Shown here: in pieces, positions 17,506-25,900 of the stretch
How the letters are laid out: each line of letters starts with the position of its first letter
Numbering within the stretch: the stretch's first letter is position 1
NCBI GenBank assembly: GCA_037189525.1
Contig: JBBCJC010000002.1
Span: 736,001 to 800,000, forward strand
Origin: Gemmatimonadales bacterium
GTDB taxonomy: Bacteria > Gemmatimonadota > Gemmatimonadetes > Gemmatimonadales > GWC2-71-9
DNA length: 64,000 bases
Direction of reading: 5' to 3'
Notes under the pieces: model-generated
Seen by the model: only the letters and a program-made list of their open reading frames with translations
What the model was told of the DNA's origin: nothing
Database searches by the model: none
Made by a program: the position numbers and the translations under genes

Positions 17506-18800
17506 GGCGCCGGATCGGGTGGCTTGCCGCGGCGCTGACGGTCGGCGCTGGATGTACACGAGGAGCGGAGATGGAACAGTCCTTCAAACGACTTTCGGGA
17601 ACCGCGGTGGAGTCGGTGCGGAGCATCGATCCGATTGTCTCGATCCTGGATCAGGCCGTGGTGACGGTAACGCCGGCCCCGTCCGAGTCCGGCGATTTCG
17701 TCCGCCCCTTGGGCAATCCCGAGCAGAACTCGCGACTCGGTCGGGCCCTCCCGGACGGCGCCTGGAAGCTGCGCTGGCGCGCGCCCCTCCGCGGCTTAGG
17801 CACTCCGCTCGACGTGCTGAGCGCAGGTGACCGCGTCGTGGTGCGTGCCGAATCGGGCTGGATGCTGTTCGATGCGGACGGTGAGATGCTGGCGCGCGGC
17901 CCCGCGGGCGACGGCACCATGCTGCTCGATCCGAACGACGGACTCCTGCTCGGCCTCGATGGAGCCGGATTTCTGGCAGGATGGGGTCTCGCCGACGGGG
18001 CTCGGCGCTTCCGGATGATCCTCACCATGCCCGGCGACCTGACCTACACCTTCATCGATCGACCCGGTGATCTCTACCTCGCCTCGGTCGAGCGGCGTTT
18101 GCCGCCGCATACACCCGGAGTGCCGAGTGCGGCGTTCGTCGAGCGGATCACGCTGGGCGCGCCGATCGCGGTCGACGACAACGGCACGCTCCGATCCGCG
18201 GCGCGGCTCGGCGATCTGGTGCGCGAAGTCTCGGACCTCCAGATCGCGCGCCGAGGCGAGACCTTCGTGCTGGCCGTGACCGATACGCTCTACCGTGCCG
18301 ACCTGGCGCTCAGGCTCTCTGCCCGGCTGACGGGATCGTTTCGCCCGCTAGCACTGAGCCTGGACGAGCAGGGTCGTGCGCACCTGGTGGTCATGACGGC
18401 GACAGGGCCCGCCCTGTGGGTGGTCGAGCCGGACGGGCGCCGAGTGGTCGACCGGTCCGTGCCGCTCACGTCCAAACGGCTCCTGGCGCCGCCCATCATC
18501 AGCCATCACCACCAGATCTATCTGGTCTACGCTGATCGGATCACGGCGTTCGAGTCCGACGGGCGTTCGTGGTGGGATACGAGATTGGATACCATTGCTG
18601 GTGCCGTGCTGACGGCCGATGACCAGTTGCTGGTGGCGGCGGGCCGGCAGGTGCTGGCGTATCGCGGCGCTGCGGCCGCGGTGCTTGCCACGGCGCTCGA
18701 CCCGTTGGTGACGCCGCCGATTCTCTCGGGGACCGGCCTCCTGCTGGTGGCGTCGGCCGATGCGCTCTTTGCCTACGAAGCAACCGGAAAGCGGCCATGA
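17502..18800 (+). CDS. Lipoprotein with PQQ-like beta-propeller; candidate immunity protein
   Basis: GTG overlaps the effector TGA; 'RRRIGWLAAALTVGAGC' lipoprotein-like signal; repeated Trp-containing beta segments. Confidence 0.65.
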   Translation: MRRRIGWLAAALTVGAGCTRGAEMEQSFKRLSGTAVESVRSIDPIVSILDQAVVTVTPAPSESGDFVRPLGNPEQNSRLGRALPDGAWKLRWRAPLRGLGTPLDVLSAGDRVVVRAESGWMLFDADGEMLARGPAGDGTMLLDPNDGLLLGLDGAGFLAGWGLADGARRFRMILTMPGDLTYTFIDRPGDLYLASVERRLPPHTPGVPSAAFVERITLGAPIAVDDNGTLRSAARLGDLVREVSDLQIARRGETFVLAVTDTLYRADLALRLSARLTGSFRPLALSLDEQGRAHLVVMTATGPALWVVEPDGRRVVDRSVPLTSKRLLAPPIISHHHQIYLVYADRITAFESDGRSWWDTRLDTIAGAVLTADDQLLVAAGRQVLAYRGAAAAVLATALDPLVTPPILSGTGLLLVASADALFAYEATGKRP

Positions 18801-19129
18801 AGATCAGCCAATCGCAGGCCGACGCGCTGGGCGGCTGCAGCGAGTGCGCCCATGCGCCGGTGGAGGGCGGCTCATCCGGTGGCGAGGGGGGGCCGTCGGT
18901 GGTGGTGGCCGATCCAACCAAGTCGGCGTGGATCGTGATCGAGCTGATCGACTCGACCGGCGCGCCACGCGCGGGCGAGGCGTTTTCGGTACGCCCGTCG
19001 GGTGGATTGCCGATTGAAGGAACGCTGGACCCGAAAGGCAAAGTTCGCATCGAAGGGATCGACCCGGGAAGCTGCGCCGTGTCCTTCCCCAAGCTGGGGT
19101 ACCAGGCCGAGCAGGCAACGGCAAGCTGA
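18797..19129 (+). CDS. Small protein with transthyretin-like (carboxypeptidase regulatory-like) domain
   Basis: WIVIELIDSTGAP...GTLDPKGKVRIEGIDPGSCAVSF, similar to the PAAR protein's second domain; ATGA coupling. Confidence 0.75.
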   Translation: MKISQSQADALGGCSECAHAPVEGGSSGGEGGPSVVVADPTKSAWIVIELIDSTGAPRAGEAFSVRPSGGLPIEGTLDPKGKVRIEGIDPGSCAVSFPKLGYQAEQATAS

Positions 19130-19177
19130 GCACAGGGCGCGGCCGTCCGGGTGGATTCAAAACGATCGAGAATCTCC

Positions 19178-19732
19178 ATGTCTCTGGTCAATGAGCGACT
19201 GCTGTCCATCATCCAGGTCCGGGAGTGGGCCGTGCGCGGTCGACTCTTTGCGATCATCGATGCATGTGATGCGCCGGCCGTTCCCCTCCGTGCCCGTGAC
19301 GCGGGGCCGGAGCGGGCCGTTTCGCTCTATCGCGGCCGGGCGGAGGAGGACCTCTGGGCAGTGGCGCCGTATCTGTTTCGGGTCGATCCCGAGCTCTTCG
19401 ACTGGATCAGCGCCGAGCTGTGGTCGACGTCGTGGGGCATCTTTGCCGTCGCGGATACGAGCCTCGACGCGATGCGACTCCATTTCCGGCGCTTTCTGAC
19501 CGTGCGAAATCCGCAAGGCGAGCCCTGGTACTTCCGGTTCTACGATCCCGCCGTGTTGCCCACGTTCCTGGCGACCGCGGACGCCGAGCAGGTGATCGAC
19601 TTCATCGGACCGGCGCGCGCTCTCGCGGCGACCGATCCGGTTTCGTACGGAATCCGGGTCTTTACTAGGCGTGACGGTCCAATGAGGGGCGAGCGTCCGC
19701 GCCCCGCGATCGCAGTCCGGCGCGCGCGTTGA
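19178..19732 (+). CDS. DUF4123 T6SS effector chaperone/adaptor (Tec/Tap-1-like)
   Basis: LFAIIDA...SLY...APYL...WG...HFRRFL.V...YFRFYDP.VL signature. Confidence 0.9.
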   Translation: MSLVNERLLSIIQVREWAVRGRLFAIIDACDAPAVPLRARDAGPERAVSLYRGRAEEDLWAVAPYLFRVDPELFDWISAELWSTSWGIFAVADTSLDAMRLHFRRFLTVRNPQGEPWYFRFYDPAVLPTFLATADAEQVIDFIGPARALAATDPVSYGIRVFTRRDGPMRGERPRPAIAVRRAR

Positions 19733-19842
19733 CTCCGTTCTGTTCGATTTCCGTTCGTTGGGATCAGGATTCCGTCGCATCGTTGTCGCTCGACCCGTCA
19801 GGTCGCCTTCGCAAGCTGAGCATTCTCGTTCCGGGAGGGACC

Positions 19843-20049
19843 ATGGCCGGCTCGAACACCCGCGAGATCCGTAACGAAGATGGCGACGTCATTGCGCGCG
19901 TCTCGGAAGAGAATCCGGGCACGGTGCTCCAGTGTCTCCGGTGCGAATTGGCGGGCGAGGTCCGGGAGCTGATCGAATATCCCCCCACCTGGGCCAAGCT
20001 GTCCGATCGCAATTTGTTCGCGTTGTGCCGACAGGGTGACGTCCGGTGA
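19843..20049 (+). CDS. Hypothetical 68-aa protein
   Basis: GGAGGG Shine-Dalgarno before ATG 19843; CLRC motif. Confidence 0.45.
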   Translation: MAGSNTREIRNEDGDVIARVSEENPGTVLQCLRCELAGEVRELIEYPPTWAKLSDRNLFALCRQGDVR

Positions 20050-20059
20050 AGATGGAACG

Positions 20060-20145
20060 ATGAGTCGGTCCGCTGCGCGAGTGTCCGATCTGTATCCCTG
20101 TCCTAGGTGATGGGGATCGTACCGTACGTGGGAGGGCGGATTTTC
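20060..20145 (+). pseudogene. Frameshifted PAAR gene remnant
   Basis: MSRSAARVSDLYPCP, then after a 1-nt shift VMGIVPYVGGRI; matches MSKPAARLTDMHACP...VPIPHVGGPI of the intact PAAR gene. Confidence 0.7.
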
Positions 20146-20267
20146 CTGTCCGGACAGGGCAGGATGGGGCCGGCTCGGGTATGGCCGGGTGCTGTCAAAT
20201 TCGTACGGAGCGGGCCTCCCGGACGGCTGTCGATACCTTTGACATACGGCGCCCCAGGGTGCAATGC

Positions 20268-20297
20268 TTGACCGGGCCTAACGGTTGCCGCTACACT
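20268..20297 (+). promoter_or_regulatory. Putative sigma70 promoter of the T6SS structural operon
   Basis: TTGACC-N18-TACACT ending 25 nt upstream of ATG 20323. Confidence 0.5.
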
Positions 20298-20322
20298 ATC
20301 ATACCTCCTCTACCCCCTGCGG

Positions 20323-21468
20323 ATGCCAACATATAGTGTCGATCTCACGACCGAGCGTGGCGTTTCGCGGGTGTCCTTTACCCTCGATGACGACCGCCCG
20401 TTAGGGCTGCAGATCAATCATATCCTCGAGGAGTTTCGCCAGCGGGGACTGGTGCTCAAGGGTGGTCCCGAGGACGAGTTGATGGTCGCCTGGAACGGGC
20501 GGCCGGTCGATGGCAGCAGGACGCCGCATGCGCTCGGCATCTCGCCGCTGCACGCCATCGAGTTGCGGATGCGGCCGCGGAGCGCCGCCGTGGTCGCCCG
20601 GGTCGAACCCCCCGCGGCGCCCTTCCTGTCGAAGACATCGTACCTGGCGCTGGTGACGGCCTGTACCGGCGCGGCGATCGCGTGGATCGTGACGGCCACG
20701 CTGTTCACGGATCTGGGAGATGTGCTGACCAGCTACGGGACGCTAGACGTCGTGGTGGCCACCGTGCTCGGTGCGGCGGTCGGGGGTGTCCTGCTAGGTG
20801 CGCTTGCGCGGGCTCGAAGCGAGTCGGTGGTGGTTGGGCTGGCGGCGGGAATCGGGCTCGGAGCCGTCGGGGCGGCCATGGGGGCATTCTCGGGTCTCGT
20901 GATTGCGGGGTACGCCGGGCTCGGCGACTCGCGCCAGAGCTTCATCGTCGCGCGGTTGGTGACCTGGGCGTTGGCCAGCGGCTTCCTCGGCATGTTCCTG
21001 GCCTTTCGCTGGGTACGGACGCATGCCGTGGTACCGTTCGAATCGCTGCTCTGGGGCTGTGGAGCCGGTATCGTCGCCGCCTTGCTGCTGTCGTTGCCGG
21101 GGCCGTCCGATCTCTGGCAATTGCTGGCGTTTCTGGTGGTCGGCGCGGGGACGGGCGCCGGTGTCGTCCATCCCGTCATGGTCCGTTCGCTCGGCGTCAT
21201 CGAGCTGGAGCGCACCGGTGCCGGAACCGTGGGCCTGCTGGGTCATCGGGGCTGGATGGTGCCCTTCCACGGAACGGCTGCGGTCGGTCGAACCCTGAAT
21301 GTGCGCAGCGAGCAGGGACGCTGCCAGGTGGCTCTGACCGGGGCGGCGGCTGAACCGGTCACCCTGGGCGGACGTGCGGTCAGCGGCCCGCACGACCTGC
21401 TCAATCAGGATACCATCACTATCGGGTCGCGCGTCTTCCTCTACCGCCGTTTTCCGGAGGCGAGCTAG
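20323..21468 (+). CDS. Membrane protein: N-terminal ubiquitin-like (YukD/EsaB-like) domain, multiple TM helices, C-terminal FHA-like region
   Basis: N-terminal ~85 aa with 'NGRPVDGSRTPHALGI...IEL'; multiple Gly/Ala-rich hydrophobic helices; C-terminus 'VTLGGRAV...LLNQDTITIGSRVFLY'. Confidence 0.7.
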   Translation: MPTYSVDLTTERGVSRVSFTLDDDRPLGLQINHILEEFRQRGLVLKGGPEDELMVAWNGRPVDGSRTPHALGISPLHAIELRMRPRSAAVVARVEPPAAPFLSKTSYLALVTACTGAAIAWIVTATLFTDLGDVLTSYGTLDVVVATVLGAAVGGVLLGALARARSESVVVGLAAGIGLGAVGAAMGAFSGLVIAGYAGLGDSRQSFIVARLVTWALASGFLGMFLAFRWVRTHAVVPFESLLWGCGAGIVAALLLSLPGPSDLWQLLAFLVVGAGTGAGVVHPVMVRSLGVIELERTGAGTVGLLGHRGWMVPFHGTAAVGRTLNVRSEQGRCQVALTGAAAEPVTLGGRAVSGPHDLLNQDTITIGSRVFLYRRFPEAS

Positions 21469-22754
21469 TGAAAGGCGCGGCGGGTGTCGCACTCTGCCTG
21501 ACTCTCTTCGGGGCGTCGGGTCTGGTCGGGCAGGACGGCGACGTGACGCTGCTGCGCTGCGGCGAGCGATCGGCTCGGCCGTGTCTGATGACCACCGTCT
21601 CACTTCGTCCGGAGCAGGCTCGTCAGTTGGCGGGGCGCTCGCCGGACAGCTTGAGCGTGGCCTGGCGGGCGCGATTCCTGCGGGACACCAGCCTGGCGGG
21701 CCGCGCGCAGAGAACCTGGTCGAGCGCAATGCGCGGAAATCGGGTGCTGATCCTGGTCGATGTCAGCGGCAGCATGAAAAATCTGGGGATCGGGACCGCC
21801 AAGCTCGTCGTCGGAAACTTTCTCCGTACGCTCGATTCGCTGCCCGCCGGGTCGGTCCGGGTGGCGGTTGCGCCGTTCGGCAGTGTCAGCGTTGCCGACC
21901 GGATTGCCGCTGCCCGATTCACGACGCCCGACTCGGCCCGCCACGCGATCGACCGGCTGCCCAATCCGGATCGGGAGAATACCGGGCTGTATAGCGCGGT
22001 GGAGGCAGGCGTCGAGCGGCTGTCGCGTGAATTGGCGGAGGCTGGCGAGGGCCTCGGTGCACTGGTCGTGCTGACCGATGGCGACAACGACGTCGGGCGG
22101 CCTGGAGACGATCCGGGATTGCTGGCGGGGACCGCCGGATTGACCCGTGCCGCGCAGGCCGTGGATCAGAGTGCGGCATTCACCACCATCGTCGGGATCG
22201 GCAATCTCAACGCGCAGGCGTTGAGAACTCTTGCGGGCCCCCGAGGGCGGGCGTATCTCAAGAGCTTGGACGCGTATGAGCTGGCCCGTCCGCTGGCGGA
22301 AGTGCGCGACCTGTTTGCGATCAGCTGGGAAGTGCTGTTCCCGTTGTCCGTCGCGCGCGAAGGTCTCGGGCGAGGGCCTGCGTCGTTGGTGCCTTCGCTC
22401 GGCGCCGTGGCGGGAACGGCATTGTGGCGGCCGCCCGTGATTGCATTGCCCGCGTTCGTCGGCGTGGCGTCGTCGGCATTGCTCCCGAGCGGCGTTGGAG
22501 CGGCTCCGGTCGGTTTCGTTCTGGATCGGCGCTGGCCGCTCGCGTTGATGGCGGGGGTGCTTCTGTTCTTGTTATGGTTCGTGGCTCCCCGGTTGTTGTG
22601 GCCATCATCGCCTGCGGTGGCGCTTGCGCAGGGTGCGCCGACACCGCCCAAGGTGGTGTCACCGCCCGCGGGTGGATTGCGAGCCGATGTGAAAGAAGTC
22701 GCGCCGCGCCGGCCGTCGGACACGACGGCGGCCAAAGCGCGGCGCGCCCAATAG
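21468..22754 (+). CDS. vWA-domain protein with signal peptide and C-terminal TM anchor
   Basis: MIDAS motif LVDVSGSMK...T...VLTDG; TM 'WPLALMAGVLLFLLWFVAP'. Confidence 0.85.
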   Translation: MKGAAGVALCLTLFGASGLVGQDGDVTLLRCGERSARPCLMTTVSLRPEQARQLAGRSPDSLSVAWRARFLRDTSLAGRAQRTWSSAMRGNRVLILVDVSGSMKNLGIGTAKLVVGNFLRTLDSLPAGSVRVAVAPFGSVSVADRIAAARFTTPDSARHAIDRLPNPDRENTGLYSAVEAGVERLSRELAEAGEGLGALVVLTDGDNDVGRPGDDPGLLAGTAGLTRAAQAVDQSAAFTTIVGIGNLNAQALRTLAGPRGRAYLKSLDAYELARPLAEVRDLFAISWEVLFPLSVAREGLGRGPASLVPSLGAVAGTALWRPPVIALPAFVGVASSALLPSGVGAAPVGFVLDRRWPLALMAGVLLFLLWFVAPRLLWPSSPAVALAQGAPTPPKVVSPPAGGLRADVKEVAPRRPSDTTAAKARRAQ

Positions 22755-22800
22755 CAGCGTAGCAGTGAGACAATCCTATTCTCTTTGAGGGGAGCCAGAC

Positions 22801-23271
22801 ATGCCAGTCGTGAAGGTCACGCGGGCCGGGGTCAAAATGGCGCCGCGACAGGTGCCGACCGAGACCACCGCGACCATTCTGCCGATGACCGTCGACCGGG
22901 TCGGGCAGGAGGCGCTCGAGGACGAGCAGCCCACCAAGGTGTCGAGTCTGGCCGAAGCGTTCGAGAAGTTCAAACCGGCGCTCGATTTCAAAGCCAACGT
23001 GGGCGACGAGGGAACCGAGTTTGCGGCGGACCTCGAGTTCAAGAGCCTCAAAGACTTCGACCCCAAGCGGGTGATGACGCGCGAGCCCGGCAAGCGGAAC
23101 GACGTCGCCGATCTGCAGAGTCAGATCGATCTGCTGCACCGGATGCGCGAGCGGTTCGCCGTGTTGTCGGTCCGGCGGGCCTGGGACAATCCCGAGCAGC
23201 GGAAAGAAATCATCGAAGCGGTGGCCGAGTTCCAGGATGCGTTGCGGAAGATCTCCGGAGGTGACGCGTGA
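22801..23271 (+). CDS. tssB: T6SS contractile sheath small subunit (subtype iii-like)
   Basis: SLAEAFEKFKP...LEFKSLKDFDP pattern; 156 aa; GTGA-coupled to the sheath large subunit. Confidence 0.8.
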   Translation: MPVVKVTRAGVKMAPRQVPTETTATILPMTVDRVGQEALEDEQPTKVSSLAEAFEKFKPALDFKANVGDEGTEFAADLEFKSLKDFDPKRVMTREPGKRNDVADLQSQIDLLHRMRERFAVLSVRRAWDNPEQRKEIIEAVAEFQDALRKISGGDA

Positions 23272-24602
23272 GCGAGGTCAAGACCGCGCAGGACATCATC
23301 GCCAAGAAGGGCGCGAGCAAGGCGATCGAGGAAATCTTCAACGTGATCCATCCGGCGCCCTCCAAGACGGCGCTCAAGGACATTTTCACCGCCGAGTCGG
23401 CGTCGCAATTCCTCAAACGGGTAACCGACTTCTCGAGCCTGCTGTCCGCCGAAGACAGCTACGATCAAGCGCTCAAGAAACTCGATGCCCAGCTCAAGTC
23501 GCTCGAGTCGACCCGCGACGAGGTGCTCAAGCAGATCTACGAGAAGATTCGCCCGATCGAGCGGAGCTACCGTGAAATCCAGCTCTTCTTCGAGAACGCG
23601 GAGGTTCGCGACAGCGTCCAGCGTCCGCCGGTCGAGTTCTTCATTTTCAACGCCGACACTCGTGCGGTCACGAGCGACGTCAACAGCTCCACCGTGCAGG
23701 CCGTCGACGAGTTCGTCCAGAGCCGCAACGACAGCTTCAACTTCCGCCAGTTCATCTGCAACATGGTGCTGCCGGGATACGTGCCGGATAATGTCCGGAA
23801 GCGGTTCGAGGACATGGCCAACAAGTGGGGCATGCTGCTGATCGGCGATCTCAAGGACGAGCTGTCCTTCAAGTCGCTCTCCGATCAGTTCCGGACCGAT
23901 GGCGGCGCGTACGAGTTTCTCAAGCGGCCCGAGGATCGTGCCGCGGCCGACGTGGTCATCGCGGGTTTCGTCAAGCTGCGCGACAAGCACTGGTTCGAGG
24001 CGGCGGACGACGACAGCGAGAATGCGGACCTATACGGCCCGTCGTCGCTTCTGTTTGCCGGGTCGCTCGCCCGGACGGATCGGACCACGGGCGGCGGTAT
24101 TGCGCAGGGACCGGTCGGGATGATCTTCGGACAGATTCGCGGCCCCGAAAAAGCCCGGATCGAGCCGCGGATTTCTCAGATGGAGCATCTGTCGATGGAA
24201 CGACAGGTCGTCACCATTATCCGGAACGAAGACAATCAACTCTGCTTCGTGGGCAGCCGGACCCAGGCCGAAGATCCGAAGGGCGTGCTCAAGTTCTTCA
24301 CGTCCTACCGGGTGCTGCGTTACCTGGAGCGCCGGATTGCCGTCTATCTCCGGCGGGTGGCCGAGCAGCGGCTCACGCGCGATCTGGTCAAGGAACAGGT
24401 GCGCAATCCGATCGAGGAGTTCCTCGAGGACGAGCTCAAGAAGGGAACGATCTACAAGTACGACATCGATATCGACATGGACGAGGACAAGTTTGCGCAG
24501 GGAGTCCTCGACATCAAGCTGGAAGTCTTGCCGGTTGGTCCGGCCGAGACCTTCGAGCTCAAGATCGATACGCCCGACTTCAAGAAGGACGGTAAGGAGT
24601 AA
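23268..24602 (+). CDS. tssC: T6SS contractile sheath large subunit (DUF5458 / subtype iii-like)
   Basis: IERSYREIQLFFEN, MVLPGY, C-terminal sheath-like domain; 444 aa. Confidence 0.85.
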   Translation: MSEVKTAQDIIAKKGASKAIEEIFNVIHPAPSKTALKDIFTAESASQFLKRVTDFSSLLSAEDSYDQALKKLDAQLKSLESTRDEVLKQIYEKIRPIERSYREIQLFFENAEVRDSVQRPPVEFFIFNADTRAVTSDVNSSTVQAVDEFVQSRNDSFNFRQFICNMVLPGYVPDNVRKRFEDMANKWGMLLIGDLKDELSFKSLSDQFRTDGGAYEFLKRPEDRAAADVVIAGFVKLRDKHWFEAADDDSENADLYGPSSLLFAGSLARTDRTTGGGIAQGPVGMIFGQIRGPEKARIEPRISQMEHLSMERQVVTIIRNEDNQLCFVGSRTQAEDPKGVLKFFTSYRVLRYLERRIAVYLRRVAEQRLTRDLVKEQVRNPIEEFLEDELKKGTIYKYDIDIDMDEDKFAQGVLDIKLEVLPVGPAETFELKIDTPDFKKDGKE

Positions 24603-24616
24603 CGGCGGAGGATTGC

Positions 24617-25009
24617 ATGGCCGATGACGAGGGCCGGGCCGACGATGTCGGCGGGGTGAATCCGGACGGGTCGCCCAAGCGCGATCTGCGGTACAGCAGT
24701 CATGAGGATCGCTCGGTCCGGGTCGATCGCGAGCTGGACGGCACCGGTCGCCTGGCTCGTGGTGATCGTACCAAGATGTCGGTGCTCAATTTCTCGTCGC
24801 GTCACCCGGTCCGCACCGAGCGCGATCCGGAGTTCACCTTCCGCCCCGCTCCGGCCGCTGCCTCGGCGCCGCCGGCTGCGGAGGTTCCGGCTCCCGCCGC
24901 GTCGGAGGCCAAGGCGCCTGACGATGCGGCGGGATCGACGGCTCCACAGGAGTCGGCCGATCGATCGCCGTCCGTGATGGATCGGGTGAAACATCTGTTC
25001 GGGTTTTAG
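24617..25009 (+). CDS. Hypothetical, largely disordered protein between sheath and tube genes
   Basis: GGAGGA RBS; Pro/Ala-rich linker; amphipathic end MDRVKHLFGF. Confidence 0.6.
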   Translation: MADDEGRADDVGGVNPDGSPKRDLRYSSHEDRSVRVDRELDGTGRLARGDRTKMSVLNFSSRHPVRTERDPEFTFRPAPAAASAPPAAEVPAPAASEAKAPDDAAGSTAPQESADRSPSVMDRVKHLFGF

Positions 25010-25036
25010 GTCTCTCGTCAACGCATCGGAGCTGCC

Positions 25037-25477
25037 ATGGCCACGTATAACCGCGTCAAAGTCAAAATCGATTCCGTCGAGTTTCGTCCGGTCGAGGCCA
25101 AGTACACCATTACGCGCAATGCCAACCAGGTTGGTCGTCGGGTCGGCGACTCGCTGATCGGCCGGGTCGAAGTCTGGATGGACGCCAGCGTGCTGGACAA
25201 CCTGCCGCAGTCCGCTCAGATCGAACTCTGGAAAATCGCCACCGAATCCAAGGACCCGCTCCATAAGGTCGAGGTGACGTGGTACCTCGATGAAGCGGAC
25301 AAAGTGCTGCATGCGGTCGAGTTCATGGGCTGGATTGCCGCCTTCGAGGTCGGGAATCCCCAGGCCGACGTCTCGGGCGGCGGTGTCAGCTCGGTGCAGT
25401 TCAAGAACCTGTTGCGGCTCGAACTCGCCGTCGTGGTCGACGAGTCGAATGTGAGCAAGCACAAGTTCACCAAGTAG
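25037..25477 (+). CDS. tssD: T6SS tube protein Hcp (TssD-like)
   Basis: 146 aa, beta-rich, 'YTITRNANQVGR...GRVEV...ELWK' similar to subtype-iii TssD; position between tssC and tssE. Confidence 0.7.
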   Translation: MATYNRVKVKIDSVEFRPVEAKYTITRNANQVGRRVGDSLIGRVEVWMDASVLDNLPQSAQIELWKIATESKDPLHKVEVTWYLDEADKVLHAVEFMGWIAAFEVGNPQADVSGGGVSSVQFKNLLRLELAVVVDESNVSKHKFTK

Positions 25478-25480
25478 CGA

Positions 25481-25494
25481 GCGCCCTTCGGCGC
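25481..25494 (+). other. Small hairpin just after hcp
   Basis: GCGCC-CTTC-GGCGC with no U-tract; possible mRNA stability or attenuation element. Confidence 0.3.
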
Positions 25495-25507
25495 GCGGGA
25501 CCGCATC

Positions 25508-25900
25508 GTGCCTTCGATTGCCCTTCCTCTCCGGATCGATGCGACCGGTTCGCTCGTCCGGCAGGATGATTTCGACGCGGTCGTCGGAATCATCGGCAAG
25601 ATGGCCGGAACGACCTCGACCACCTGGCCCCACGCCAGGTGGTTCGGGTTGTTCGAAGCCTTCATGGAAGCCGGGCGCCGTCAGCAGCAGGATCACGAAT
25701 CGCTCAAGGACGCCATCAACCTCGCCCTCCGCGAACTCGGTGTGCAGCAGTTCCGGGTCCAGGCGGTGACGACGGTGCGGAGCGATCACGGTTTCGGTCA
25801 CCGCCACTTCCGGATCACCATGACCGACGCCGAGGGTCGCTCTCGTTTTGCCGAGTTGGATGGAGAGGGCCGCCGCGCCGAGACGGAATCGCCATCATGA
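25508..25900 (+). CDS. tssE: gp25-like baseplate wedge protein
   Basis: IALPLRI...FG...LKDAINLALRE; size and synteny. Confidence 0.65.
   Translation: MPSIALPLRIDATGSLVRQDDFDAVVGIIGKMAGTTSTTWPHARWFGLFEAFMEAGRRQQQDHESLKDAINLALRELGVQQFRVQAVTTVRSDHGFGHRHFRITMTDAEGRSRFAELDGEGRRAETESPS

Noticed and set aside
14401..17559. 1052-aa minus-strand ORF
   Set aside because: Antisense shadow of the motif-bearing plus-strand effector gene; Arg/Pro-rich with no motifs, typical of high-GC DNA
25639..25896. N-terminal extensions of VgrG (also TssF from 27458 and Clp from 31655) in the ORF track
   Set aside because: They overlap upstream genes; internal ATGs at 25897, 27752 and 32033 give tight operon junctions
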